Shown piece by piece: positions 14,808-27,082 of a stretch of DNA of 64,000 nucleotides. The notes under the pieces were generated by a model. The model ran no database searches and was not told the origin of the DNA. It saw only the letters and a program-made list of their open reading frames with translations. The position numbers and the translations under genes are program-made. Numbering within the stretch: position 1 is the first letter of the stretch; the number at the start of each line of letters is the position of its first letter. The DNA lies in NCBI RefSeq assembly GCF_001194135.2, contig NC_069003.1:24097445-24161444 (forward strand), read 5' to 3'. The stretch is from Octopus bimaculoides (taxonomy: Eukaryota).

Positions 14808-14983
14808 TTAAATCCAAAACTGTTCAACGAGAACACCAACATTATGAAGATTCCTCAACCATTTTTCAGTGATCTTTTGCGATTTAAACTTCTCTAACAT
14901 TCCCTCTTCTCCTAAGTGTATCAAATATGTAGTGAAACTACCTCCCGCCATTAGATACAAATATAAAAATACTCTGATCTGAC
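14808..14983 (-). CDS. Candidate exon with SAM-domain-like N-terminal helices (MAGGSFTTYLIHLGEEGMLEKFKSQKITEKWLRNL)
   Basis: Acceptor tttcag|G at 14984/14983, ATG at 14951; spacing fits SAM consensus VxxWLxxLGLxxYxxxFxxxxIxxxxLxxL; only weak donors (gttggt, gtgttc) before the TAA. Confidence 0.35.
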
Positions 14984-15625
14984 CTGAAATCACAGTTGAT
15001 TGCCTGTTTCTATTTTTATTCTATTATGCACATAGTTGCTGAAGTGAAACACTGTCTATATAGCTAAATTTCATTATGCAATATGATATCCCTGCATGTT
15101 TTCAGTTGCAGTTTAAGTTGGAGATTTAAGCAGGAAGTCAACCAGAACATTAGTTGTAGGTATCTATAAAATTACGTCATTAGAAACAATATCATCTGAT
15201 CACCCGAATCATACACACACACACTTATAGATATGTATGTGTGTGTATATATGTATATACATACATTATAATATAAATAGGGGTAGGAGTGGCTGTGTGG
15301 TAAGAAGCTTGCTTACCAACCACATGGTTCTGGGTTCATTCCCACTGCATAGCACATTAGGCAAGTGTCTTCTACTATAGCCTCGGGTCAACCAAAGCCT
15401 TGTGAGAGGATTTGGTAGACGGAAACTGAAAGAAGCCTGTTGTATATATGTATGTATATATGTGGCTTGTGTGTTTTCTGTACTCTGGTTATTATTATTT
15501 TCTTGTCTACGTTTTGTTTGCAATGTCCTGTACCCAGATATGTACCTATATATACAGGTAGACGTAGGTATGCACATACCTGTACGTATATATGCATTTT
15601 CTCATTTATTATTTGTGTTATATGT

Positions 15626-15668
<43 letters not shown>

Positions 15669-15678
15669 NNNNNNNNNN

Positions 15679-15724
<46 letters not shown>

Positions 15725-16364
15725 ATGGTAAAGAACAAATCAAGCTCCGATTAGGGAGCAAATATTTAAGAGAAAGTGGAAGTGGATTGGTAGCACAATT
15801 AGAACGGACACACCAAATGCAGCGAAAAGTGCTTTACAGTGGAATCCGGATGGATATAGAAAGAGGGGTACGCCTAAGAACTCGTGGCGTAGATCAACAC
15901 AGAAGGAACTAGAGACAGAAAATTTCTGCATTTAGCAGAGCGATGTTAACTTTAAGGTTGTACTGTGTGAAATTTATAGTTTAGCATCTGTGACATGATC
16001 CGTTCATTGCAGGTTTCTAAATAAACAGAAATATCTAATAAAATCAACATGTATTATCTTATGGTTTCTTTTGTTTCTTCATTGATTGTATGTTTTCCTT
16101 TTTCTTTTAAATTTGTTATATTAATATATATGTCTGCATGTGTTTACTTTATGTATACTTCAGTATTATGTATACCTGACATGTATTTGTGTATATCATT
16201 AATATATAAGTGCATGTGGATGTATGCATTCATATATAAGTTTATATGTACATTTATGCATTCAGGTGTGCGCGTGTGTGTGAAGGGGGCATCTGTCTTC
16301 AAAATTCCAAAGTTGAGTAACGTTTTCATGCTTGGATTTATAAACTACGATAAAAATAACATAA

Positions 16365-16570
16365 GGCGGTGAGCTGACAGAAACGTTAGCACGCCGGGCG
16401 AAATGCTTAGCGGTATTTCGTCTGCCGCTACGTTCTGAGTTCAAATTCCGCCGAGGTTGATTTTGCCTTTCATCCTTTCGGGGTCGATAAATTAAGTACC
16501 AGTTGCGCACTGGGGTCGATCTAATCGACTTAATCCCCTTGTTTGGCCCCTTGTGGGTAATAAAGAAATA
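16365..16570 (+). mobile_element. tRNA-derived SINE with Meta/MESC-like central domain; copies at about 27586-27790, 32560-32720 (-), 37280-37420 (-), 38870-39045 (-)
   Basis: ggcggtgagctg.cagaaacgttagc...gagttcaaattcc...gcctttcatcctttcggggtcgataaattaagtacc. Confidence 0.8.
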
Positions 16571-16949
16571 AGAATAACATAAATGAAATGAACAATATGT
16601 AAAAATACTAACACACAGAAGCACAGGAAAATGTCATATACTAACACAGAGAAAAATTAAAACAAAACACGCGGCTGGAGTAATTGGTTGTTTGTAATCA
16701 AAATTCAGAGTTGCATCAATACGCCAAAATAGAAAGGAATCTGCGTAAAATTAAGAGGAGGGGCTCATTTTGCGAATGAGAAAGAGTAGAGCCTGAATTT
16801 TTATAACTGGATATTTCTTTATGAGCAATGTTTATTTTTTTTTTCTCTCCTGTAAGAAGATTTTGGTCCCTAAATAGTTAATAGTCATTTAGTCGTCATC
16901 ATTGTTTTAACATGCAGTCAAGGGTGACTGAAAATCGTTGACGGAGAAA

Positions 16950-17343
16950 TGTTGTTGTTGGCACTCCGTCGCTTACGACGTCGAGGGTTCCAGTTGATCC
17001 GACGATCAACGGAACAGCCTGCTCGTGAAATTAACGTGCAAGTGGCTGAGTACTCCACAGACACGTGTACCCTTAACGTAGTTCTCGGGGATATTCAGCG
17101 TGACACAGTGTGTGACAAGGCTGACCCTTTGAATTACAGGCACAACAGAAACAGGAAGTAAGAGTGAGAGAAAGTTGTGGTGAAAGAGTACAGCAGGGTT
17201 CACCACCATCCCCTGCCGGAGCCTCGTGGAGCTTTTAGGTGTTTTCGCTGAATAAACACTCACAACGCCCGGTCTGGGAATCGAAACCGCGATCCTATGG
17301 TCGTGTGTCCGCTGCCCTAACCACTGGGCCATTGCGCCTCCAC
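16950..17343 (-). mobile_element. About 400-bp tRNA-derived SINE with (AAC)n tail; copies at 22547-22866 (-), 46138-46525 (-), about 21460-21775 (+, diverged)
   Basis: Head ggaggcgcaatggcccagtggttagggcag...gtttcgattccc has A/B boxes; copies are near-identical. Confidence 0.9.
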
Positions 17344-17939
17344 AACGGAAAAAAAATGTGATAGTTTTGGAAGTTAGTCGTGTAATCGAGCTAAGGGAGA
17401 TAACTATGAACACATTTACAACCTCCCTTGCAATGCATGTATATGTAGAGATGTGTGTGTGTCCGGAGTCAGTATGTCTGACTGGCTGTTTAGCTGTGTG
17501 TATGTGTTTGCATCTGTGCTTCTCTTTTACTTGTTTCAAGTCATTTTGACTGCGGCCATGCTGGAGCACTGCCTTTAGTCGAGCAAACCGACCCCAGGAC
17601 TTATTCTTCGTAAGCCTAGTACTTATTCTATCGGTGTCTTTTGCCGAACCGCTAAGTTACGGGGACGTAAACAGAGACTTCCTATGAGTGTAATGAGTCT
17701 AGGGGTGGGGAAAGGTAGTGACTTGTAAAATTTGGGTATATGCAGGGTGTAGGGACAACAGGATAGCAATGATAGAGTGAGGAGGGTAGGATAGGGTAGC
17801 AGGATAAGCATAGTGCATGAAAAGAGGAAATGTGAGGAAGAGGAGAGATGTAGTTTGGTTTGTTGGGGGAGGGAGAAGTTTTATTGTTGTTACATGAGGG
17901 TAGGACCCACAGCACTTCTAGAATTCAGTTTCGGTGAAG

Positions 17940-18310
17940 TGGGCAGGCTTTCTCAAGATCTTCATAATGCCAGACATCTCAGTCCGTTGTCATCTCCTCC
18001 ATGAAGCACAACATCCTGAGATCAGTCCTCACTACTTCGTCCCATGTCTCCCTGGGTTTCCCCCTCTTCCACAGATGCCATCCACTCTCAGTAACTAGCG
18101 CTTTTTTATACAGCCGTCTTCATTCATATGCATCACATGTCCAAACCAACATAGTCTTGCTGTATCTGATTCCTCTTATGCCCAACTTTACTCTCAACAC
18201 ATTTGAACCCTGTCTTACACTGATGTTGCTCATCCAACAGAGCATACTACCTTCATTCCTCTCTAGACTACACATTTTCTGCATCCAGAGTCCAGGTCTC
18301 GCTACCATGG
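17940..18310 (-). mobile_element. RTE-clade LINE ORF C-terminal fragment
   Basis: LERNEGSMLCWMSNISV..VLRVKLGIRGIR; similar fragment at about 24680-24840. Confidence 0.75.
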
Positions 18311-18749
18311 AGTATAGCCATATATATATATATANNNNNNNNNNNNNNNNNNNNNNNNNNNNNNNNNNNNNNNNNNNNNNNNNNNNNNNNNNNNNNNNNN
18401 NNNNNNNNNNNNNNNNNNNNNNNNNNNNNNNNNNNNNNNNNNNNNNNNNNNNNNNNNNNNNNNNNNNNNNNNNNNNNNNNNNNNNNNNNNNNNNNNNNNN
18501 NNNNNNNNNNNNNNNNNNNNNNNNNNTATGATAATTAATTAATAAATTAATTTGTATCCATTAGATCTCTCTGCTTTCTAACTCCATAATAATGTTTGAT
18601 ATTTCACAATATTTTATATATATTTATTAATGAATTATCTCTTCAAAATATAATATACTAAACCAGTGTATCTTGGATTAATATCCCTATAAGAGGTTTA
18701 AATAACCTCATCGTGACTATATATACATATATATATATATACACATACA

Positions 18750-19150
18750 TGGGGTGGGAAAGCAAAACTTGAAAATAATATATAAGTTACTAAATTGTTT
18801 ATATCACAACCAGCAACCTAACAGAAATATAATTTTAACACAAGTACATAGAGGTATAAAAAGATAATTTATTCAATATGTCCACCACAGCCTTCACATG
18901 CCACCTGAAGGCATTACAACTTACCATGATGAAGTACTCAGACATGTTGTCCCATTCTTTCCTTAGGATTTGCTTAAAATGATCAAAACTTGAATGCAAA
19001 GTTCTGTTGGTCGAGTGATCCTATTTTCTCCATATGGCATAGTCCAGGGAGTTCAAGTCTGGGCTGGAAGAAAGCTAGAAGTTAATCTAAATATTCCATC
19101 AGCATAAAATCTGACTGGTTTTGAAGAAACAAAGTTTTCTAGATGCATTC
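18750..19150 (-). mobile_element. Decayed maT-type transposase C-terminal fragment
   Basis: SSPDLNSLDYAIW...KQILRKEWDNM..SCNAFR on the - strand, with stops. Confidence 0.65.
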
Positions 19151-19169
19151 TGACTCCGGCTGAATTCTT

Positions 19170-19620
19170 AAATGTTTTTCCTTGCAATGAATTCTGTAGA
19201 GACAAAAACAAGTGGTATTCAGATGACACAATATCAGGAGAGTATGGCGGATGGTGTAATAGATCTCAGCCAAGTTCATGTAACTTTGTTCAGGTAGCCA
19301 AAGACACACACATGGTCAACCATAGTCTTATTGGAACACTACCCCTGTCCTGATGGCAATCTCTGGCATCAGTTCTTTGATATTTTTGGTTCAAATTAGC
19401 CAGCTGACGACAGTATACATCAGAATTAATGATCTGGTTTTGGGGGAGAGGCTCACAATAAATAATGCCTTTATGATCCCATCAAACACAAAGCATAGCG
19501 TTTTTGGCATGGATATTTGTATTTGGTTGCTATTTTGGAATCTTTTTCACACTACATTTTCAAACACAATCCATTTTTCATCTCCAGTCAAAAGTTATTT
19601 AAAAAAAAGGCATGCTTTCA
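19170..19620 (-). mobile_element. Decayed mariner (DD34D-type) transposase fragment
   Basis: LLHHPPYSPDIVSSEYHLF..LQNSLQGKTF motif on the - strand. Confidence 0.7.
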
Positions 19621-19890
19621 TTCCATTTCAAAAGCATATCACAAACGGAATACCAGTCCAAGCATGACCACATCCTAATGACTGAAACAAGTAAAAGTTA
19701 GTTTATCAAAAACTACATTTTGCAAAGTCTCCATTAAGCTTTGAATAACGTATAACGTTATTTGTGCAAGGGAGATTTACCTACCATTTCTAGCAGGTCA
19801 AGGTTTCCTAGTTGACCTCTGCTATTATGAAGTCAATCATACCAAAAATGTCAAATCATAGACCATCCTTTATTCTACAATCTTTAATTG

Positions 19891-20190
19891 TTATTGAAAG
19901 TCAACTTCATGTGAATTAGATCTCAGTCCGCAGAGTTTATGAATATAATTCTCTTGAGAACAATTAAAATAATGCCTGTAGGTCATACAATATTGACAAA
20001 GAAAAGGGATTGAGTCCATGAGCAGTCCAGCTCTTTCTTCATGTTGGCTGAGTTTATCAAGCAGGAGTATTTTCAAGGACTGGTACTTGGCAATAGCATT
20101 GGAATATCGTAGCTTCTGTTTTTCAGTTACACTTTGTTTCAATAGTTGTCTTAGATGGTTCAAAATATTCTCCAAATGAATCATCTGGTT
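19891..20190 (-). CDS. Paralog B terminal exon (NQMIHLE...EVDFQ*)
   Basis: ttttatttctag|AAC CAG ATG acceptor; stop at 19891-19893; AATAAA at about 19869-19874. Confidence 0.9.
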   Translation of the reverse strand, partial: NQMIHLENILNHLRQLLKQSVTEKQKLRYSNAIAKYQSLKILLLDKLSQHEERAGLLMDSIPFLCQYCMTYRHYFNCSQENYIHKLCGLRSNSHEVDFQ

Positions 20191-20633
20191 CTAGAAATAA
20201 AAAAAATTAAAAAATTAAGAAAGAATAAAAAGTTTTGAATGGTACAACAATGCACTATAATACAAAAAAAAAAAATGGACTATATACTCATTGTATTTTA
20301 GTTATCTATAGTCCGATGATATTTCGGAATACAATTCCTTCTTCAGATCTTAGATGGAGTCTCTGCTATAAACTGTTTACCAACAGTCTTTTTTTTGTTT
20401 TTTCTTGAAGTGACACAGTAGTGGTCTCACGAAGCTCCTTTGTTTTCTGTTTTCGTTTCTCATTCTGTCCACGTTTCTTTTTTTATGGCCTGTACCCATA
20501 TATGCATGTATGTATACATATAGATGTAGGTATGTACATATATGTATGGATATATGCATATATTTATATATTATTTATATTATTATATGATCGAATGCCA
20601 CGCATCTTTCTCCAAGTAAGTTTTATCTATCTA

Positions 20634-20676
<43 letters not shown>

Positions 20677-21360
20677 GAGAATATACAAAAAATAACAACA
20701 GACGAGGACAGGTGGTGTAAATAACAAAAGTATATATTAGTATGACGCTCGGGAATACGGAAAGTCTTTGACGTTTCGAGCTACGCTCTTCAACAGAAAG
20801 AATACGGAGACAAGGAGAAAAACACGGAGAAAAAAAATTGAAAAAAATACACACACACACACATATGTCCATCTAAATGTCCACCTACCTCTGTATCAAT
20901 CATCCATCTATTCATGTACCGTTTATATTTCAGTCAATCTTATTTTTCATCAAACTAATTAATCTCTATCAATGACATCAGCAACAAGCTATTAATCACT
21001 CGTACCTGTGGATCTTCCAAACTGAGATAAATCAGGTGTTCAAAAGCCATTGAGAAAATCTCAACCTCTGATACGCTGCTCAAAAGATTGTCACTGTTAA
21101 CATCCAATATGGACTTGAAATACTTCTTGGCGTTATCAAATTCCTCTTTCAGCAGATAGCAGTGTGCAATCAGTTGGAGGACCTTTATCTTTCCGATGTA
21201 GTTTGGGTTTATGTAGTCGTAGATGGCCAAAGCCTCATGCAATGTTGTCAGACTCTCGGAGATTTGACACCTGGAATAAGAAGATGGCAGTGGTGCTTTC
21301 ATGGGGAAATTCAGTCAGAAGAGGCAGTGGTGGTGATTGTGGCAATGGTGATAGTGATAA

Positions 21361-21394
<34 letters not shown>

Positions 21395-21769
21395 GATAAT
21401 GATGGTGGTGGTGGTGGTGGTGGTAGTGGTGAGATAAAAGGGGGATGAAAGTAATGATATAAGGCATGTGGCTTAGTGGTTAGGGATTTTTGGTTCGGGG
21501 CTATAAAGGTTGTGAGTTTGATTCCTGGAAGTGTGTCGTATGCTTGAGGAAAACCCTTTTTTTTTTCATTTTGCTCCTGTCCAAAGAAGCACCTGTAATT
21601 CAAAGGGCTAGCCTTGTCATATTCTATGTCATGCAGGATATCTCTGAGAACTACATTAAGGGTACACTTGTCTATGGAGTGCTCAGCCACTTACATGCTA
21701 ATTCCATGGGTCGGCTGTTCCACTGATTGGTTCAACTGGAACACTTGTCATTGTAATCAATGGAGTGCC

Positions 21770-21805
<36 letters not shown>

Positions 21806-24800
21806 TCATCATCATCATCATCATCATCATCGTTTAACGTCCGCTTTCCATGCTAGCATGGGTTGGACAATTTGACTGAGGACTGGTGAACCAGAAGGCT
21901 GCACCAGGCACCAATCTGATCTGGCAGAGTTTCTACAGCTGGATGCCCTTCTTAACACCAACCACTCCGAGAGTGTAGTGGGTTCTTTTATGTGCCACTG
22001 GGACGAGGGCCAGTCACGTGGTACTGGCAAAGGCCACGCTCAAAATGGTGTTTTTTTTACGTGCCACCTGCACAGGAGCCAGTCCAGCGGCACTGGCAAT
22101 GACCTCGCTCAAATGTTTTTTTTTTCATGTGCCACTGGCACAAGTACCAGTAAGGCAACATATGTGCATGTGAGTGTGTATATATATATATATATATATA
22201 TNNNNNNNNNNNNNNNNNNNNNNNNNNNNNNNNNNNNNNNNNNNNNNNNNNNNNNNNNNNNNNNNNNNNNNNNNNNNNNNNNNNNNNNNNNNNNNNNNNN
22301 NNNNNNNNNNNNNNNNNNNNNNNNNNNNNNNNNNNNNNNNNNNNNNNNNNNNNNNNNNNNNNNNNNNNNNNNNNNNNNNNNNNNNNNNNNNNNNNNNNNN
22401 NNNNNNNNNNNNNNNNNNNNNNNNNNNNNNNNNNNNNNNNNNNNNNNNNNNNNNNNNNNNNNNNNNNNNNNNNNNNNNNNNNNNNNNNNNNNNNNNNNNN
22501 NNNNNNNNNNNNNNNNNNNNNNNNNNNNNNNNNNNNNNNNNNNNNNTGTTCGTGAAATTAATGTGCAAGTGGCTGAGCACTCCACAGACACGGGTACCCT
22601 TAACGTAGTTCTCGGGGATATTCAGCGTGACACAGTGTGACAAGGCTGACCCTTTGAATTACAGGTACAACAGAAACAGGAAGTAAGAGTGAGAGAAAGT
22701 TGTGGTGAAAGAGTACAGCAGGGTTTGCCACCATCCCCTGTCGGAGCCTCGTGGAGCTTTAGGTGTTTTCGCTCAATAAACACTCAGAACGCTCGGTCTG
22801 GGAATCGAAACCGCGATCCTATGACCGCAAGTCCATTGCCCTAACCACTGGGCCATTGCGCCTCCACTATATATAGAATAGTACATACAAAATGGGGACA
22901 AAATAGTATTAGAGTAGTGGGTTTTGAGGTAAAAGAGAGATGAACATAATATTAAATTTAGAGAATTCATGGTTGGCCCATGAAACAGTGTAGTGAAATA
23001 AACAAACTTTTTGATCAGTTCAAATGACTTTAATGTTTAAACCGTTTATCTAAAGCTAACATATTTTTTTGCCTCCATAGCAAACTACTGAAAATGGTCT
23101 TTTAATAGCTCAAATATGTCCTAGATATATTTGAACTGATGGAGAAGTTTTTTTTATATATAAAGAATATTAATGTTTTAATTAATCAATTAATTAATTA
23201 ATAGCACACAGTTGGTTACAGTGATGTTAGTGCAAGTTGATCCAATCAACAGAACAGCCTGCTTGTGAAATTAATGTGCAAATGGTTGAATACTCCACAG
23301 TCATGTTTACTCTTAATGTAGTTCTCTGGGAGATTCAGCATGACACAAAATGTGACAGGCTCTTTGAATTACAGGCATGACTTATTTATGCCAGGTGAGT
23401 GGACTGGAGCAATGTGAAATAAAGAGACTTGCTCAAGAACACAATGCACCCTCTGGATTTGAATTTATGGCCTAGCTATTTTTCACAGAATATACAGGGT
23501 GTCCACAAGGTCTGGATACATGGAGTAAATAAAATCATAACATAAACAATTAAATATAAGAAATAATAATTTCTTAAAATATGTGTTGATCCCCATGTGG
23601 GTACATGGAGTAAATAAAATCACAACATAAACAATTAAATATAAGAAATAATAATTTCTTAAAATATGTGTTGATCCCCATGTGGGTACATGGAGTAAAT
23701 GAAATCACAACATAAACAATTAAATATAAGAAATAATAATTTCTTAAAATATGTGTTGATCCCCATGTGGGTANNNNNNNNNNNNNNNNNNNNNNNNNNN
23801 NNNNNNNNNNNNNNNNNNNNNNNNNNNNNNNNNNNNNNNNNNNNNNNNNAGAATATACAGGGTGTCCACAAGGTCTGGATACATGGAGTAAATAAAATCA
23901 TAACATAAACAATTAAATATAAGAAATAATAATTTCTTAAAATATGTGTTGATCCCCATGTGGGTACATGGAGTAAATAAAATTATAACATAAACAATTA
24001 AATATAAGAAATAATAATTTCTTAAAGTATGTGTTAATCCCCATGTACCCAGACTTTGTGGACACCCTGGAGAATAGGTAAAATAGAATAGATATAAAAT
24101 GGTGTTAGAGATGTAAGTATTGAGATAGGAGTGAGATCAAAGTAAACAAAAAAAGAAATTAATTTTGAAAAGTCTAGAAAACCACCATCATCATCATCAT
24201 CATCATCATCTTCATTTAACGTCCGCTTTCCATGCTGGCATGGGTTAGACAGTTTGACTGGAACTGGTAAGCCATAGAGCTGCACCAGGTTCCAGTCTGA
24301 TTTGGTATGGTTTCTATGGCTGGATGCCCTTCCTAATGCCAACCACTCCGAGAGTGTAATGGGTGCTTTTACGTGCCACCAGCACAGGTGCCATTTACAC
24401 AACACTGATAACTGCCATGACTACAACTACGATTTCACTTGGTTTGACAAGTCTTCTCAGCACAGCATCACCAAATGTCTTGGTCACATTCAAAGATCAT
24501 ACTATCAGCAACAGTCACAATTACAACTTCATGGGTGTCATTTACATGTCATTTACATGTCATTTACATGACACCGACAATGGCCGGCATGATGAGTCTT
24601 CTCAAGCACAACATATCACCGAAGGTCTCATTCACTTGTCATTGCCGCTGTGAGGTTCAACATTTGTAGATCATGCTTCGCCCTATCATCTCATGTCTTT
24701 CTGAGTCTACCTCTACCACAGATTCCCTCCACAGTTAGAGATCGGCACTTCTTCACACAGCTGTCCTCATCCATACGCATCACATGACCATGCCAGTGCA

Positions 24801-25905
24801 GTTGTCTCTCTTGCACACCGCATCTGATGCCTCTTATGCCCGAAGTGAGATGCAGGAAGAGAGAAAAGGACTACTACTTCTAAAGCCCTTTACTTCCTAT
24901 GGAGCCTGGGCAATCAACAGTTTCTCTCTATCGTTCTCAACTTTTCTGCTGCTCTGTAGTTGAATCCCTGTATTTTTACCTCTTCCTCAGGGCTTATTTT
25001 TAGGGTGTCATGTGACCACCCTCCATGCTGGCATGAGTTGGAGAGTCTGACAGGATCCAGTGAGCTGCATCAAGCTCCAAAGTCAGTCTTGGCTTGGTTT
25101 CTACAGCTGGATGCTTTTCCTAACACTAACCCCTTTACATTTTCAAATAAAACTTGAGCAGTGTGAATGGTCAAATAAAAACTACTTACATTCTCAAATA
25201 TATTTGTGCAATGTGAATCAGCACCAAACCAGTGTTCATATGGAGCCAGCCATTATTTTTTTGGATCTTCTCTGCATTGAACAAAAGTTTCAAGGCTATG
25301 TCTGGAGGTAAAATGAAAAATAACAAGTCAGAATCACCCAGATAATACAGTTCTATATTTAAGAGATGAGGAATTATTTACATTATTTACATTATTTACA
25401 TTTGACGGATATTTGTCCTCATCTTGTTTGTTGTTAACACAACGTTTCGGCTGATATACCCTCCAGCCTTCGTCAGGTGTCTTGGAGAAATTTCGAACCT
25501 GGGTTCTCCTTCCTAACGATGTTCCTATTATTATATTATTATTATTATTATTATTACTATTATTAATCAGGCCGCTGCCATGAATCGAACTCGGAACCTT
25601 GGGGTTAGTAGCCCGCACTCTTAACCACTACGCCATATGCCCGTGTTAACAACAAACAAGATGAGGACAAATATCCGTCAAATGTAAATAATGTAAATAA
25701 CCCAGATAATAGTTTAGTCAATTTTAGATTTTTCTTACAAGATTTAAAAATGTATACTTACGGTGTTTCCCACAATTTTGAGACAGGACATTTGCTACAT
25801 TGCAGTATGCTATCACAGATTTCTTAGGGTTTACATTCACTATTTTTAGTCTTTCAACAAGGGAGGCATTATAAAAATGCAATGCTCGTTCCATTTGTGC
25901 ACCAT
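19891..25905 (-). CDS. Paralog B: 3' four exons of a second NB-ARC/TPR family gene; complement join(19891..20190,21006..21270,25190..25301,25762..25905)
   Basis: Canonical splice sites, no stops or frameshifts. Internal exon sizes 144/112/265 nt and phases match gene A exons f-h; terminal exon is 300 vs 318 nt. Clear peptide homology (FYNASL, IAHC..L.E.FDNA, NCSQENY..KLCGLRS). No upstream exons found between 25905 and 30340. Confidence 0.88.
20765..20801 (-). ncRNA. Minimal hammerhead-like motif, family 3, variant core CUGUUGA (decayed copy 47634-47670, +)
   Basis: UCUUU CUGUUGA A GAGC gua GCUC GAA ACGU C AAAGA. Confidence 0.6.
21006..21270 (-). CDS. Paralog B exon h' (CQISESLTTLHEAL...LSLEDPQ)
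   Basis: ttcttattccag|G acceptor, CAG|gtacga donor. Confidence 0.88.
23495..24069. mobile_element. Mariner-type MITE with about 28-bp TIRs and an internal 85-bp tandem amplification
   Basis: ta|cagggtgtccacaaggtctggatacatg ... catgtacccagactttgtggacaccctg; 85-bp units start at 23519, 23604, 23689; the left end is repeated after the gap at about 23850. Confidence 0.8.
25190..25301 (-). CDS. Paralog B exon g' (HIALKLLFNAEKIQKNNGWLH...QIYLRM)
   Basis: ttttacctccag|AC acceptor, AT|gtaagt donor; not in the ORF track; homologous to 46628-46739. Confidence 0.88.
25348..25699 (-). mobile_element. Composite insertion: inverted tail fragment + tRNA-like head + (AAT)n + hammerhead-bearing tail
   Basis: 12-bp TSD acccagataata (25336-25347, 25700-25711); tRNA-like head 25642-25567; tail shared with 31661-31827, 41590-41753 and 50528-50773. 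Confidence 0.8.
25436..25481 (-). ncRNA. Minimal type I hammerhead ribozyme motif, family 1
   Basis: GACAC CUGACGA A GGCUG-gaggguauau-CAGCC GAA ACGU U GUGUU: 5-bp stem I, 5-bp stem II, palindromic ACGU stem III. Confidence 0.75.
25762..25905 (-). CDS. Paralog B exon f' (GAQMERALHFYNASL...CGKH)
   Basis: ctttctatag|AT acceptor, C|gtaagt donor. Confidence 0.88.
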
Positions 25906-25989
25906 CTATAGAAAGCAAAATGAAAATTATGTAAATAATACGAGTTGCACAGATGAAACAAGTCCCTGTACGTTACAATGAAGGCAACC

Positions 25990-26350
25990 TCTGTAAGAAA
26001 TCAACCGCTCCAATATAAAATTACTGAGGCTCAAGACACTGACCCTTACGAAGGAGATGACTAAGGGCTGAGATATCTGGAAGACTGCTGTACTCATGAA
26101 GACCCATTTACCATAGCAGAATTGATACTGGTGCTGGTACCACATAAAAAAGCACTTGTGCTGGTTTCGTGTTAAAAAACACCCAGTACACTCTATGGGG
26201 CCATTGGTGTTAGGAAGGGCATCCAGCTGTGGAAACCATGCCAGAACAGACAATAGAGCCTGGTGCTGCCCCTGGCTTTATCAGCTCTGGTCAAACCATC
26301 CAACCCATGCCAGCATGGAAAATGGAAATTAAATGATGATGATGATGATG
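25990..26350 (+). mobile_element. RTE-type LINE 3' end with (GAT)n tail; related tails at about 21822-22150 (-), 24205-24400 (-), 35960-36152 (+), 44100-44325 (+)
   Basis: LRLKTLTLTKEMTKG*DIWKTAVLMKT followed by the shared ggttggcattaggaagggcatccagctg...ccatgccagcatggaaa..ttaaatgatgatgat tail. Confidence 0.7.
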
Positions 26351-27082
26351 ATTAGATTGAGATGAACTTTAGTTCTGTAATACAACTCTCTGATCCTGCT
26401 AGGTGCCAGTGTCATGTAAAAAGCACTGGTGCTGGTGCCACATAAAAAGCATCCAGTCCACACTGTAAAGTGGTTGGCATTTGGAAGGGCTTTCAGCCAT
26501 AAAAACCATGCCAAAACTGACCTTGCATGTGCAGGTGCCACATAAAAAGCACTCAGTCCACCCTGCAGAGTGGTTGGTATTAGGAAGGGCAGCCAGTCAT
26601 AAAAACTCTGTCCTGCCAAAACTGACACAGTAGCCGGCTCCTGTCAACCATCCTACCCATGCATGCATGGAAGACAAATGTTAAACGATGAGGATGGTGA
26701 TGTACAGGGCTGACTGTTGGAAATATATGTATAACATGTGATGAAGTATGGTGGTGAGACTTAGACATTGTACGTGGACATTAGAAAGAAATGAGTCCAA
26801 CTTAATTCTCTGAATATGTCATATTTTTTGCATGGAAAAGTAGAATACAGGCAGAGTGAAGGAGTGGCTGGTTATTAAAGGCAACGGTTGATATATCCCA
26901 AGTACATTTATACTGGTGTGTCCTTGATGACTCACAATGAGGATTGGTGCTACTACTCTGCACTGAAACAACTCATATAACAACCAGAAACAGACATGTT
27001 CCAGCCTCTAACCCACATGTCTGTTGTCTCCTATTACAATTATTTTTCTATTGCTACTATAATGGCTTCTGATTCTCCAAGG

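Noticed and set aside
23850-23960. Second MITE left end as an independent insertion
   Set aside because: It repeats the left flank and TIR right after an N gap; most likely an unmerged contig overlap.
25567-25642. tRNA gene (also SINE heads at about 17343, 22866, 46525)
   Set aside because: tRNA-like heads continue into SINE bodies and lack a complete cloverleaf and terminator.
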